Positions 1 to 8,893 of a stretch of DNA of 64,000 nucleotides are shown in pieces. Source of the stretch: a virus (taxonomy: Duplodnaviria; Caudoviricetes); the IMG/VR virus record IMGVR_UViG_3300032030_000037, positions 1-64,000 of that record, one strand, 5' to 3'. The stretch's first letter is position 1, and each line of letters starts with the position of its first letter. The position numbers and the translations under genes were made by a program. Below the pieces are notes generated by a model. The model was not told the DNA's origin and ran no database searches. It saw only the letters and a program-made list of their open reading frames with translations.

Positions 1-1586
1 AGTTCATTATTAATCAGGTTCTTCAGATAAATGGCAGGCTCACAAGGGACGCGGTCGGTAGATATAGTTCCAACGTTTTTAATATTATCCCTCGTGCAGT
101 CCTGGAGTATCTGTCTTGAAAATGCTTGGTCGGCAGCTACTATGATGGAATAGAGTTTATTGAGGTCTTGAAGTAGTTGGTAGATATGGAATAATGATAT
201 CTCTTGTCCTGACTTATTTCGAATGGCCACAGTGAACCAACAATGAACGAGAGGTAGCTTAGTTCCTCCTATATCTTTCCAACCTTCGAATGATACGGCC
301 GAAATTCCAGTCATATCTCCTCCCTGTGCAGCGCTTAAGTCCAGCCCAACCCAAAGCGGTGTATGGGAGGGCATCTGACTTAGCATCGGCCGGAGTTTAT
401 CGATTAGTCTTTCTTGTTTATTATAAAAGTCAACTTCGATTATCTCTGGTATCTTATTGGGAATCTTTGAACAATTAATGAGATGTTCTATATTTCCACC
501 AAAGAATGACTCGGAATCTCCTCCCGCTGAAATACCTGAGAAGTCTTGAATAGCCTTTAGGACGTTAGCTTTATATTCCCCTAAGAGCTGTTTAGGAACT
601 TCTATGACTTTATCTTTATCTATTCCAAGGTCCTGGTCATATTTCTCGTCGGAATATAGAATTCTAGGCGGAAACTTCTGATTACCTATGAAAACCCTAA
701 ATGTTTCACCAGCCGATTCTGTGTACATGCTTTTTCTGACTTCATAGTGGGCAGGATGACAGTTCCATGTATACTTAGGTTCTGTATTATCAAGGAACCA
801 TTCTGTAACGGATTGACTTCCACGAGCACTAGAGTCTATTATGAATTGTCCACAAAGTTGAAGTGCGTCGGTCGAGAATCTAGACTTAAATCGGATAAGG
901 GATTCAGAGACCCTAAGTTGTGCATTCGCCTGATTATCCCAGAAATTAACCTCACCTAAGATATAGAAAATAACATCAGAACCTAGACCACCAGAGCCTC
1001 TAGGGCCTGAAGTTATCAGTCGGAAGCTTAAGGCATTATTCTTGGTATTCTTGAAGAATGGTGAATATTCGAGGACATCTTTAAACCAGTTCTTAAATTC
1101 TTTGACAGCAGTTTCTTCCGACCTATGGAAAATAACGCAGCTAAGAGGTTTTGGTGCAAGTCCTAGTGTCTTAGAGGGATTTCGCATTGCCAGAAGTCGT
1201 GCATAAGTTAAGGCTAGACAAATTTTAGATATCGTTGACTTACCTATACCAATTGCCCCTGATAGGATAAGGAAAGGTTTTCTTGTAAACAGCGGCTGTG
1301 TATCCCCCGGAAAGAATATTTCATTTTGAAGTGCATCTTTCCAGTAATCAAAAATAACACGTCCCTCTGAGAAAAAATCCTCTCCCCCTAGATAATATGT
1401 ATCACTGTACAGTCTTTCTACTGATGGAGGTATAAATGTATAACCTTTTCTACTTGCGAAGAACATTAATTTTTCTTCTTGAGTCATAGAATTATACATT
1501 GCCTCTACCGAAGAAACGTTCTTAAGACTTTGATCCACTGGCTTTGTCGGATCGTCTCCATGTTCGATGTAATTAAAGCTCTTCAT
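1..1586 (-). CDS. terL: Terminase large subunit (3' end runs off the window)
   Basis: Manual translation from ATG at 1586 stays open to the window edge, so it is absent from the ORF track. Walker A LSGAIGIGKST, Walker B-like VIFYILGE, coupling motif IIDSS, RNase H-like nuclease motif WVGLDLS...GDMTG. Confidence 0.85.
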   Translation of the reverse strand, partial: MKSFNYIEHGDDPTKPVDQSLKNVSSVEAMYNSMTQEEKLMFFASRKGYTFIPPSVERLYSDTYYLGGEDFFSEGRVIFDYWKDALQNEIFFPGDTQPLFTRKPFLILSGAIGIGKSTISKICLALTYARLLAMRNPSKTLGLAPKPLSCVIFHRSEETAVKEFKNWFKDVLEYSPFFKNTKNNALSFRLITSGPRGSGGLGSDVIFYILGEVNFWDNQANAQLRVSESLIRFKSRFSTDALQLCGQFIIDSSARGSQSVTEWFLDNTEPKYTWNCHPAHYEVRKSMYTESAGETFRVFIGNQKFPPRILYSDEKYDQDLGIDKDKVIEVPKQLLGEYKANVLKAIQDFSGISAGGDSESFFGGNIEHLINCSKIPNKIPEIIEVDFYNKQERLIDKLRPMLSQMPSHTPLWVGLDLSAAQGGDMTGISAVSFEGWKDIGGTKLPLVHCWFTVAIRNKSGQEISLFHIYQLLQDLNKLYSIIVAADQAFSRQILQDCTRDNIKNVGTISTDRVPCEPAIYLKNLINNE

Positions 1587-1605
1587 AAATTTTATGTTAT
1601 AATGT

Positions 1606-1640
1606 GATCCTATAGAGGTACATTCAAACCTCTATAGAAT
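1606..1640 (-). promoter_or_regulatory. Conserved-loop hairpin, copy 1 (upstream of terminase)
   Basis: GATC-ctatagagg-TACATTCAAA-cctctatag-AAT; perfect 9-bp stem; same loop and flanks as copies at 7502 and 33851. Confidence 0.75.
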
Positions 1641-1644
1641 TATT

Positions 1645-1839
1645 TTAAGCCGGTGCAAATATATACCTGCCGAGCTTAGTTTTTGCTTTTCCGGCTAAAC
1701 TAGTTAACTCTTTTCTTTCTTTTTCCTCTAGTCCATCAAGAAATCTATCTTTAAGCCAAAGCTTTATAGCTCTCTTTTTACCTGGACCTGGACTTAGACT
1801 TAGAGCATATTCTTTTTGACGTTTTCTCAAGATTATCAT
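1645..1839 (-). CDS. Small basic leader-bearing protein (MIILRKRQKEYA)
   Basis: ORF track 1645..1851; start moved to ATG 1839, which gives the shared leader. Confidence 0.7.
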   Translation of the reverse strand: MIILRKRQKEYALSLSPGPGKKRAIKLWLKDRFLDGLEEKERKELTSLAGKAKTKLGRYIFAPA

Positions 1840-1840
1840 A

Positions 1841-2719
1841 TTACCAATCAAAGTTATTTCTATCTATCCTGGTATTATTTCTGGACTCATTGTAGGTATA
1901 TCCTCCAGACATGGATGCACGTTCTCTAGCTTCCCTGGCGTCTTCTCTATCCTGAGCACGATGAGAGTCTTCCCATTCCATTTTTTCGCGACGAATCTTG
2001 TCCTCTCTTGCTTCCTGACGTCTCTTTTCAGCTAATTCAGCGGCTCTTCTTGCGGCTTCTCTCTTAGCTTCTTCTCTCTTGTCTATTTGTCCCTGAATTC
2101 TAGATTCGAAGTCTGCATCATCGCCTTTTCTTCTAGCCTCATCGTCCATTCTTCGTGCTAGTTTCTTAGCTCTAGTATCTGAGTCGTGAAGGTCTTCTTT
2201 AGCATATTTTAAGCCTCTTGTCTGACCTTTCCTTCTTCCTTCGGCTTCACCAGAATCTCTACCAGCCTTCTTTCCGAGAGCTCTTCCTAGTAATCCTCCA
2301 CCAACTGCTCCAATAACACCAAGACCGGCTTTTTTAGTTGCAATGCCAAGGCCTAGACCTCCTAATACGCTTCCAGCTATAGTTCCTGCCTTCTTTCCTT
2401 TCTTTTCACCTATTTCAGCCCCTTTCTTAGCCTCGTGTTCTCCATGATGCTTGACATACTTCTTTGTATTTCTTTTAGCTCTCTCCTGTTCTTCTTCAAG
2501 AGCATCAAGCATTTGTCCACGAGTCATGTGTTTTAGATCATAGTCAGAATAATCTTCTAGGTCTTTTGGTTTTCTAGGGAAATCGTCACCTTCATCGTCA
2601 TCATCATCTGAGAATTCACGCTGAGCATAATCATAACCATCTTCTAGTCCACTGTAGTAAACTTCCTGAAGAATAAGATCTAGTTTTTCATTTCCTGTTG
2701 AAAATAATTTCTGTTTCAT
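1841..2719 (-). CDS. Putative internal head protein: KLFSTG..EVYYSG..QREFS module, glycine zipper, charged coiled coil
   Basis: N-terminal module shared with 33889..34416 and 34442..35620; GxxxG-rich segment (AGTIAGSVLGGLGLG). Confidence 0.75.
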   Translation of the reverse strand: MKQKLFSTGNEKLDLILQEVYYSGLEDGYDYAQREFSDDDDDEGDDFPRKPKDLEDYSDYDLKHMTRGQMLDALEEEQERAKRNTKKYVKHHGEHEAKKGAEIGEKKGKKAGTIAGSVLGGLGLGIATKKAGLGVIGAVGGGLLGRALGKKAGRDSGEAEGRRKGQTRGLKYAKEDLHDSDTRAKKLARRMDDEARRKGDDADFESRIQGQIDKREEAKREAARRAAELAEKRRQEAREDKIRREKMEWEDSHRAQDREDAREARERASMSGGYTYNESRNNTRIDRNNFDW

Positions 2720-2732
2720 TTTTTTTTAGATT

Positions 2733-3302
2733 CTATTTTTTGTTCCATTTCCCGCTCTGATATGCACGAAGACAATTCTCGGCGGATTCTCTCGATTTGT
2801 AGATTGGTTTCCAGTAGACGGGTTGTCCACCAGGTCCATTCATATTAATAATTCTCCATCGTCCCTGTGAATCTTGCTGTACGACGCCTTTTTTCTCAGC
2901 CTTCTTAGCAATTTTCTTTGGGACTACTTCTCGTGGCTTATATCCAAGTTCTGGGTCGGGTATGGTTTCTGCAAATCTCTTTTCAAAATATCCGGATTCC
3001 CACATCTTGTCTATAACACTATATCCACGCTCCTGGGCCCTTCTTTCTCTTCTTCTCTTTAGGAGTCTGTGTATTCCATAGAGTGCAAGAGCTCCTGCGG
3101 CTACCGGATGTGCTGCCATTAACATAGCACCTTTGGCGAGAAGACCCGAACCTAGAGCTGTTCCGGTTGCTGCAAGTTGTCCGATTCCCGCCGCTCCGGT
3201 GGCACCGGCGACGGCCGCAGCTTTTCCAGCCATTCCAAGGTTCTGAAGTCCAGCCCCTAGGACGCCCCCAACTGCATATTGTTTTTCTTTATATATTATC
3301 AT
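2733..3302 (-). CDS. Leader-bearing protein with Gly/Ala-rich hydrophobic segment and small C-terminal domain
   Basis: MIIYKEKQYA leader; internal RGYS and KRFA sites. Confidence 0.75.
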   Translation of the reverse strand: MIIYKEKQYAVGGVLGAGLQNLGMAGKAAAVAGATGAAGIGQLAATGTALGSGLLAKGAMLMAAHPVAAGALALYGIHRLLKRRRERRAQERGYSVIDKMWESGYFEKRFAETIPDPELGYKPREVVPKKIAKKAEKKGVVQQDSQGRWRIINMNGPGGQPVYWKPIYKSRESAENCLRAYQSGKWNKK

Positions 3303-3312
3303 ATGATATTTT

Positions 3313-4155
3313 TTAAGTTTCTGGAACTGCCTGACCAGCTTTTGTTTTTGTTATTGTTATATAATGTCCACTGGAACTGGTAGTTCTTTTTAAATTGTAT
3401 GAATAATTAAATGCCCCATCACTTACATAATTACAGACCCTGCTTTCTCCGACGGGCGTAGCAGTATCAAAATAGAAGTAAGTAAATTCACGATCTTCAG
3501 TAAATCGGATATAGGCACCGGCTGTATCACAAGTCCAAAAACCCTGATAATCATCAAAGAGGGCATAGTCTGAGTCTATCGAAATACCAGTAATGTGAAT
3601 CTCTGCATAAGACTGGTTTGGCGTGACTGGAGTTGTTGGATCATACGGTGTAGGGTCTGGAAGATTACCGGTTGGCATATTAAAAGACGAAGCAGTAATT
3701 GCAGCATTAGTATTAGATAGCCACCAATTTCCATATACGGCATCTTGAACGACATAATATCCACTACTAGAGCTCGTTATTCCAGTTCCACTCAGAGAAG
3801 TAATTAATGATGGAGTTCCCGAGGCTGGGACGGTATATAGTTTTCCATTACTGCTAACTTGATATAGGGCAGTATGATACCTTCCTTGAGAACTATTTAC
3901 ACTAGATTGATATACATAACATCCGGCTGAACCATCAAAATCTGGACTGGACTGAAGAGGTACTATTATTCTAGAACTAGATCTCATGGCTGATATACTA
4001 TTTCCACATGCATAGGGGTCGTTCGCATCTAGTGTAGCAAATTTTTTTATACTCGGTCCGAAGGCGTTCATCTCTTCAACTATAAAAAGAAATGTAGACC
4101 GCATCCTTGACCATAAGTGACCTAAGCCACTTCCATTTAAATATTTTTCTGCCAT
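3313..4155 (-). CDS. Fiber-like virion protein (KYL..GL..LW anchor)
   Basis: N-terminus KYLNGSGLGHLWSR; Ser/Thr/Tyr-rich beta-type body. Confidence 0.6.
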   Translation of the reverse strand: MAEKYLNGSGLGHLWSRMRSTFLFIVEEMNAFGPSIKKFATLDANDPYACGNSISAMRSSSRIIVPLQSSPDFDGSAGCYVYQSSVNSSQGRYHTALYQVSSNGKLYTVPASGTPSLITSLSGTGITSSSSGYYVVQDAVYGNWWLSNTNAAITASSFNMPTGNLPDPTPYDPTTPVTPNQSYAEIHITGISIDSDYALFDDYQGFWTCDTAGAYIRFTEDREFTYFYFDTATPVGESRVCNYVSDGAFNYSYNLKRTTSSSGHYITITKTKAGQAVPET

Positions 4156-4164
4156 ATCATTTTA

Positions 4165-5508
4165 TTACCAAAGTCTACCATCAAGTGTTACAGTTCCAAA
4201 TAATCCGTTCGTTCCAGAGGTTGTACATTTAGGTCTTGTGGTCATTGATGGTTTAGTGAATGCCTGTGTAAATGATCCAGTGATTGTTGATGTATTGCTG
4301 CTCGGCCAATACCCTATATACTGATCCTCTATACCTTTATCTGTGTTGCTAAGATAAGCGTCCATTATTATATATGTCGTAGTCACTGTTCCACTACTAG
4401 GGATATCTACAAAGTAATTATTTACATCCGTGAAATTAAATGTCATATATCCACTTCCAGTTGTTATACTACTGTTAACAAGGCCCCTTTGAAAGAAAGT
4501 ATATGGAGTACTATTATAAGTTCCAAAATAGGCATACATCTTAATCAGAATTCTATCGTTGGGAAGAATACCAGAAATATAGAAGGTTGCAGAAGGAAGG
4601 GTTCCGGAATATACACAAGCTCCTGTAGACCTATACCATCGTAGAGTTGGTTGTAAGTTTCTTTGCGCCCAATTATAAATATTAATCGTAACATTAGCGG
4701 GAAGGGATGTATAGGCTCTTTCTTCATTAAATATAAGATGTCCTTCCGGCGGATTAACCAGAGAAGACACTATTGGAGATAGTCTATATCCGAAAGATGT
4801 TGTTCCGTCGGTAGCTGGAACTATTGGAACATTAGTTAGGCTTGTGGTAGTTGAATTAGCGCTTATGGTTTGTTGGGCTGTTTGATAATAAACACTCTCT
4901 CCGTTGACTGGTTTACATACCTCTATAAATGTATTCACCTGAGGCTTGGTTTCAGCATCTGTAGTCCTAGTTAGTGTTCCGCTTACAGTCATAGTGTGCC
5001 AATCAACTGATGCATTCTCAAGGGATATAGTATGTCCATATATAGCCCCTACTTGTTGAAAGTCTACTGTAAACGTATATTTACTCGCTAAGGTAGAGAC
5101 ACTTAAGATATTCACTTCTCTAATCCAATATAGTCTATATGAGGTGCTGCCAGTTCTAAGATATATATCTTGAAATGTAATAGAAGTTTTCCCGGCCAAA
5201 AGATTAAAATATTTTACTCTGGGATTACTACCAGACGTCCAGTTTAGTTCAAATACTAAGTTTACATCTACAGGCTGAGACAGGGAACAGACCATGGTAT
5301 CACAATAATAGTTAGAATAAAGATATCCATCCTCACCTCTATAAAGACTATGTTCTACTAAAATAGTAGCTGTAACTGGTATTGGGGAGTTTCCGCCCAC
5401 CGAATGAGTATAAGTTATAGAAGGGAGCTCGCTAGATTTAAGTTCATATCTTTGTTTATATTTAGACCATAGATATCCGAGTCCCGTATTTCCTAGATAT
5501 TTTCCCAT
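4165..5508 (-). CDS. Fiber-like virion protein (KYL..GL..LW anchor)
   Basis: N-terminus KYLGNTGLGYLWSK; Thr/Ser-rich beta-type composition. Confidence 0.6.
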   Translation of the reverse strand: MGKYLGNTGLGYLWSKYKQRYELKSSELPSITYTHSVGGNSPIPVTATILVEHSLYRGEDGYLYSNYYCDTMVCSLSQPVDVNLVFELNWTSGSNPRVKYFNLLAGKTSITFQDIYLRTGSTSYRLYWIREVNILSVSTLASKYTFTVDFQQVGAIYGHTISLENASVDWHTMTVSGTLTRTTDAETKPQVNTFIEVCKPVNGESVYYQTAQQTISANSTTTSLTNVPIVPATDGTTSFGYRLSPIVSSLVNPPEGHLIFNEERAYTSLPANVTINIYNWAQRNLQPTLRWYRSTGACVYSGTLPSATFYISGILPNDRILIKMYAYFGTYNSTPYTFFQRGLVNSSITTGSGYMTFNFTDVNNYFVDIPSSGTVTTTYIIMDAYLSNTDKGIEDQYIGYWPSSNTSTITGSFTQAFTKPSMTTRPKCTTSGTNGLFGTVTLDGRLW

Positions 5509-5525
5509 CTTTTACTTTCTCCCTA

Positions 5526-6071
5526 TTAATATCCATATGTTGGACGGACTCCATCATTTCTATAAATTTCCCAACTGTGGGGAGTCATTCTTCCAACGGT
5601 ATCTCCTTCTACAGGCAGATGCCAGGAAGTTGTAGTACTTCCGTTTGCTTTATACCATCCTATTGCTCTCTGTGTTCTCTTCGCTGATTCATTCCAAAGA
5701 CTATCTGAATTAAGCGTATAGAATGTACTAGGCCAGGGTTCAGAAGATGAATTTCTGGTTCTAATCATGGTATACTCATTGTTCTCACCAAATACAACCG
5801 TCTGTGTAGTTCCATTGTTTGACACCGTTATACTTTTTGGGCTGTCATAGTAGATACTCGTTCCTAAGTATATCATCTTAGTCTCAAATCCTACTTCATC
5901 TGGCGCTACACACTTTATTCTTTCTCCCGCACCCCAGAATACAATTATATTAGTTTCGTTAGAATATCCAGGGTCTGTTATTTCTTCAAGACTTCTAACT
6001 ATATGTGCATCAGCGACACTAGTAAAATAGCTTAGTCCTTCTCCACTCAAGTATTTATCTTCTGTATCCAT
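5526..6071 (-). CDS. Fiber-like virion protein (KYL..GL anchor)
   Basis: N-terminus KYLSGEGLSYF. Confidence 0.55.
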   Translation of the reverse strand: MDTEDKYLSGEGLSYFTSVADAHIVRSLEEITDPGYSNETNIIVFWGAGERIKCVAPDEVGFETKMIYLGTSIYYDSPKSITVSNNGTTQTVVFGENNEYTMIRTRNSSSEPWPSTFYTLNSDSLWNESAKRTQRAIGWYKANGSTTTSWHLPVEGDTVGRMTPHSWEIYRNDGVRPTYGY

Positions 6072-6085
6072 ATTTGTTTTTCTTT

Positions 6086-6304
6086 TTATAGTGTATTTTC
6101 TTTAGCCATTATATATCCAAGCTCTGCCCTTAAGTCTTCCAGATCCTCATCGATATATTTAAGATCTAGTCGATAGGCTTTGTCGTCGGAGTAGTCAGAT
6201 TGGTGGGATTTGATTCTCTCCCTATCTTTCTCAAGTTGTTTTATTTCTGCCCTTATTTCATCGACGGATCTTTCTCCTAGGGCAAGCTTTCTTTTAATTA
6301 TCAT
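6086..6304 (-). CDS. Small coiled-coil protein, MIIKR leader
   Basis: ORF track; overlaps neighbour; MIIKRK start. Confidence 0.7.
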   Translation of the reverse strand: MIIKRKLALGERSVDEIRAEIKQLEKDRERIKSHQSDYSDDKAYRLDLKYIDEDLEDLRAELGYIMAKENTL

Positions 6305-6683
6305 AGATTATACTATGTATATTATTATTTTTTATTCCCTTTACAGATAATAGGTCTTTATATAAATCGAATAAAGAATCATAATCTTTATCTAGTCCAG
6401 ACACTTTATTTCCCCTACCCTCTCTATAAAACCATTTATTCTTGTCTACTATATATCCAATCCAGCAATTATCGTCTTTGGAAATAAGCAAATCTATTGT
6501 AACACCTTTCCAGTTTTTAATTTTCCACTCTTTCATCCTAGCCTCTATATGGTCTCTATCAGGAAGCGGAAGGTTTTCCGGTAAGGATTTATATTTATTT
6601 TCTGGAAGATCATTTAGCCTTTCCTCGAAGACTTCAAAATCAACAGGAGGCATAATTATAGTATCTCTTCTTTTAATTATCAT
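6294..6683 (-). CDS. Hypothetical protein, MIIKR leader
   Basis: ORF track; MIIKRR start; ATGA-type overlap with upstream gene. Confidence 0.7.
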   Translation of the reverse strand: MIIKRRDTIIMPPVDFEVFEERLNDLPENKYKSLPENLPLPDRDHIEARMKEWKIKNWKGVTIDLLISKDDNCWIGYIVDKNKWFYREGRGNKVSGLDKDYDSLFDLYKDLLSVKGIKNNNIHSIIYDN

Positions 6684-7195
6684 AGCTTAGTTTTAATAAT
6701 CTCTATTGACTTCTTTAGATAATCTACTATACTAGAGTCTTCATCCCAGGCGTCGTGTTCATTCCAATCACTAAGATACTCTAGGAATTCATCTAAAATT
6801 ATTTGTTTTACTTGATTCCAGGATAATTGTTTCCCTGGAATGTAATCAAAAGGATTTTTCTTTTCTTTTTCAAGCAATATCCAAGTTTTCTTTTTAAAAT
6901 CATAAGAAATCCCTTCAGTCCTAGGCGTTATGATTTTATTTGTTTTTCTTGGCATTGGCTCTATTATAATGATAGACTCTGGAATAAATCCATTAAGAAA
7001 TTCTAATATCTCTTCCTTCTTATAGTAATTATCTATACTATCAATGGCACTATCTAGGTTCGGAACATTTACGTCTGCCCCAAACCTAGGATATTTAGAA
7101 TTAATCTCCTTCTGGGCTTTTCTAAATTTCTTCCACTCTGACGGAAGATTGGCTTCTATTAGCTTAATATTATTGGAGCTTCTTTTAATTATCAT
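6680..7195 (-). CDS. Hypothetical protein, MIIKR leader
   Basis: ORF track; MIIKRS start. Confidence 0.7.
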   Translation of the reverse strand: MIIKRSSNNIKLIEANLPSEWKKFRKAQKEINSKYPRFGADVNVPNLDSAIDSIDNYYKKEEILEFLNGFIPESIIIIEPMPRKTNKIITPRTEGISYDFKKKTWILLEKEKKNPFDYIPGKQLSWNQVKQIILDEFLEYLSDWNEHDAWDEDSSIVDYLKKSIEIIKTKL

Positions 7196-7196
7196 A

Positions 7197-7487
7197 TTAC
7201 TTAATGAATATTTTTCCGAGGATACCTAGAATTCCATATCCCAATCTTTTAAACAAACCCTGTGGATATTCTAGGTCAACATCGGCGGTTTTATCTTTCC
7301 TAATTCCCATCCGGAAGAGAAAATTATGCGCCATCCATTCCAAGTACATAGATCTTCTTGTTCTCTTGAAGGCAATATGGGAAGGATAGAGTTTTTGTAT
7401 TTCATCTAAGGCACTATAGAATTCAGCCTTAGACATCATATAAGAATCAAGAATTTTAATTCTATTTTCTAGTATTTTGTATCTCAT
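7197..7487 (-). CDS. Hypothetical phage protein
   Basis: ORF track; tight operon packing. Confidence 0.7.
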   Translation of the reverse strand: MRYKILENRIKILDSYMMSKAEFYSALDEIQKLYPSHIAFKRTRRSMYLEWMAHNFLFRMGIRKDKTADVDLEYPQGLFKRLGYGILGILGKIFIK

Positions 7488-7501
7488 AGTTTTTAGATTT
7501 A

Positions 7502-7536
7502 GATCTCAGGATAGTACATTCAAACTATCCTGAAAT
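7502..7536 (-). promoter_or_regulatory. Conserved-loop hairpin, copy 2
   Basis: GATC-tcaggatag-TACATTCAAA-ctatcctga-AAT. Confidence 0.75.
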
Positions 7537-7572
7537 ATTATTATTTATTTTCTTTTTGAATGGGTTTTGCGA

Positions 7573-7908
7573 CTATTTCTTAGGTTTTAATTTATCTACG
7601 GCTTTCAAAAATTCAGTCATTTCATCTTGACCCGGATATTTAGGGCCATACATAGATTTTTCGAGTGAGTTCATTGGTTTATATTTTCTATACGCTGTTA
7701 TCTTTCCAGCTCCTCCTTTGGCTTTTGCGTTAATTAGATTCTGTATATTAGAAGCCGGTAGCGAACCACTGTAGTCTCTCAGTCTTTCTCTGGCCTGTTT
7801 TGTAGCTTCAGCACCAGTCTTTCCATGACCAAATATACTATTTCTTATTGCTTTATTTGTCGCCTTAGTCACAGCTCTAGAATAGAGTTTTTGTCGTAGT
7901 AATATCAT
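7573..7908 (-). CDS. Basic leader-bearing protein (MILLRQKLYS), paralog of 7925..8236
   Basis: Leader followed by shared VTKAxN..IR and I..LIN segments. Confidence 0.75.
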   Translation of the reverse strand: MILLRQKLYSRAVTKATNKAIRNSIFGHGKTGAEATKQARERLRDYSGSLPASNIQNLINAKAKGGAGKITAYRKYKPMNSLEKSMYGPKYPGQDEMTEFLKAVDKLKPKK

Positions 7909-7924
7909 AGAATAATATTTTTTT

Positions 7925-8236
7925 TTAATTTAAGCCTCTCCTTCCATGATCATAAATCCACTTAATTCTCTTCTCTTTTTCTGGACCACCTTCTTTAAGA
8001 TAGGTTCTAAGACTTTTATTCGCACCTGTAGTCTTAAGAAGGACAGCGCCCGTGGTCTTAGATTTCATTAGTGCTCTATTATTTATGACATCATGAATAT
8101 TTTCGGGAAAGTATTCGTAGTTGACAACAAATTTATCACCAATTCTTTGTTGTTTGTATCCCAGTCGTCTCCTTATTTCTCTATTGGCTGCCTTGGTAAC
8201 TCCCTTAGAGAACACTCTCTGTCTTAGTAGTATCAT
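7925..8236 (-). CDS. Basic leader-bearing protein (MILLRQRVFS)
   Basis: Leader; paralog of the adjacent gene. Confidence 0.75.
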   Translation of the reverse strand: MILLRQRVFSKGVTKAANREIRRRLGYKQQRIGDKFVVNYEYFPENIHDVINNRALMKSKTTGAVLLKTTGANKSLRTYLKEGGPEKEKRIKWIYDHGRRGLN

Positions 8237-8253
8237 AGTAGTATTTTATTTTT

Positions 8254-8291
8254 CTAACCCCACCACAGGATAATTGCTACAGTGGGGTTAG
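8254..8291 (-). promoter_or_regulatory. Hairpin downstream of tail tube gene
   Basis: ctaaccccac...gtggggttag stem, extended by G-U pairs on the minus-strand RNA; no U-tract on that strand. Confidence 0.55.
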
Positions 8292-8302
8292 GTGTTTTAA
8301 TT

Positions 8303-8893
8303 TTAGATATTGTCAAAATCTCTCTGATAATGTTCGAACTGCATTGAGAGTTGGATGTCAGCTCTATCGGTACCATCCTGATCCATACCATTTTCATCCA
8401 TAGTTCCATCCATGATAATACAATTGTAGAACTTTAGACGTCTTACGCTGATACGACTTGAGTTAGTAATAATAAGCTCAATCATAGGAGCCACCAGGTC
8501 ATCTTTTCTGAAAGAGAATTTAGTGTCAGGGTCAGCAACACGATTTCTCCAGTCAGTAACAAAATATGTAATAGCTTGGTCTTCCTTGTCGACGAAACTT
8601 AAGGATAGAGTGCCACTAGTATCTTGTCCTGTCTGTTGAATGATTGTGAAGTTTCCTCTCATTCTCTTCTGGATTCCGGATACACTATAGTTAAGCTGGA
8701 CGTTGACGGAATTAAGTCTAGCATTAATTATAGAGTCTCCTGGCCAGTAAACGATTGCAGGTGGGGTCCATTTAAGCTCCCACATATCACCTCTAAGGAA
8801 CTCTTTATTATCGTCCCTATAGGTATTGGTGTAGTCAATAAAGTCCATGTATCCTTTATTTCCATGGACTAGGTCTTGCATTTTAGTTGCCAT
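8303..8893 (-). CDS. Tail tube protein (T4 gp19-like)
   Basis: 196 aa; tube-like pattern (GTLSLSFVD..D..I..F..DW; KFYNC; IQLSMQFEH); adjacent to a sheath-like gene. Confidence 0.65.
   Translation of the reverse strand: MATKMQDLVHGNKGYMDFIDYTNTYRDDNKEFLRGDMWELKWTPPAIVYWPGDSIINARLNSVNVQLNYSVSGIQKRMRGNFTIIQQTGQDTSGTLSLSFVDKEDQAITYFVTDWRNRVADPDTKFSFRKDDLVAPMIELIITNSSRISVRRLKFYNCIIMDGTMDENGMDQDGTDRADIQLSMQFEHYQRDFDNI

Noticed and set aside
290-959. Plus-strand ORFs 290..478 and 747..959
   Set aside because: Antisense shadows of the terminase gene, which the track missed because it has no stop inside the window.
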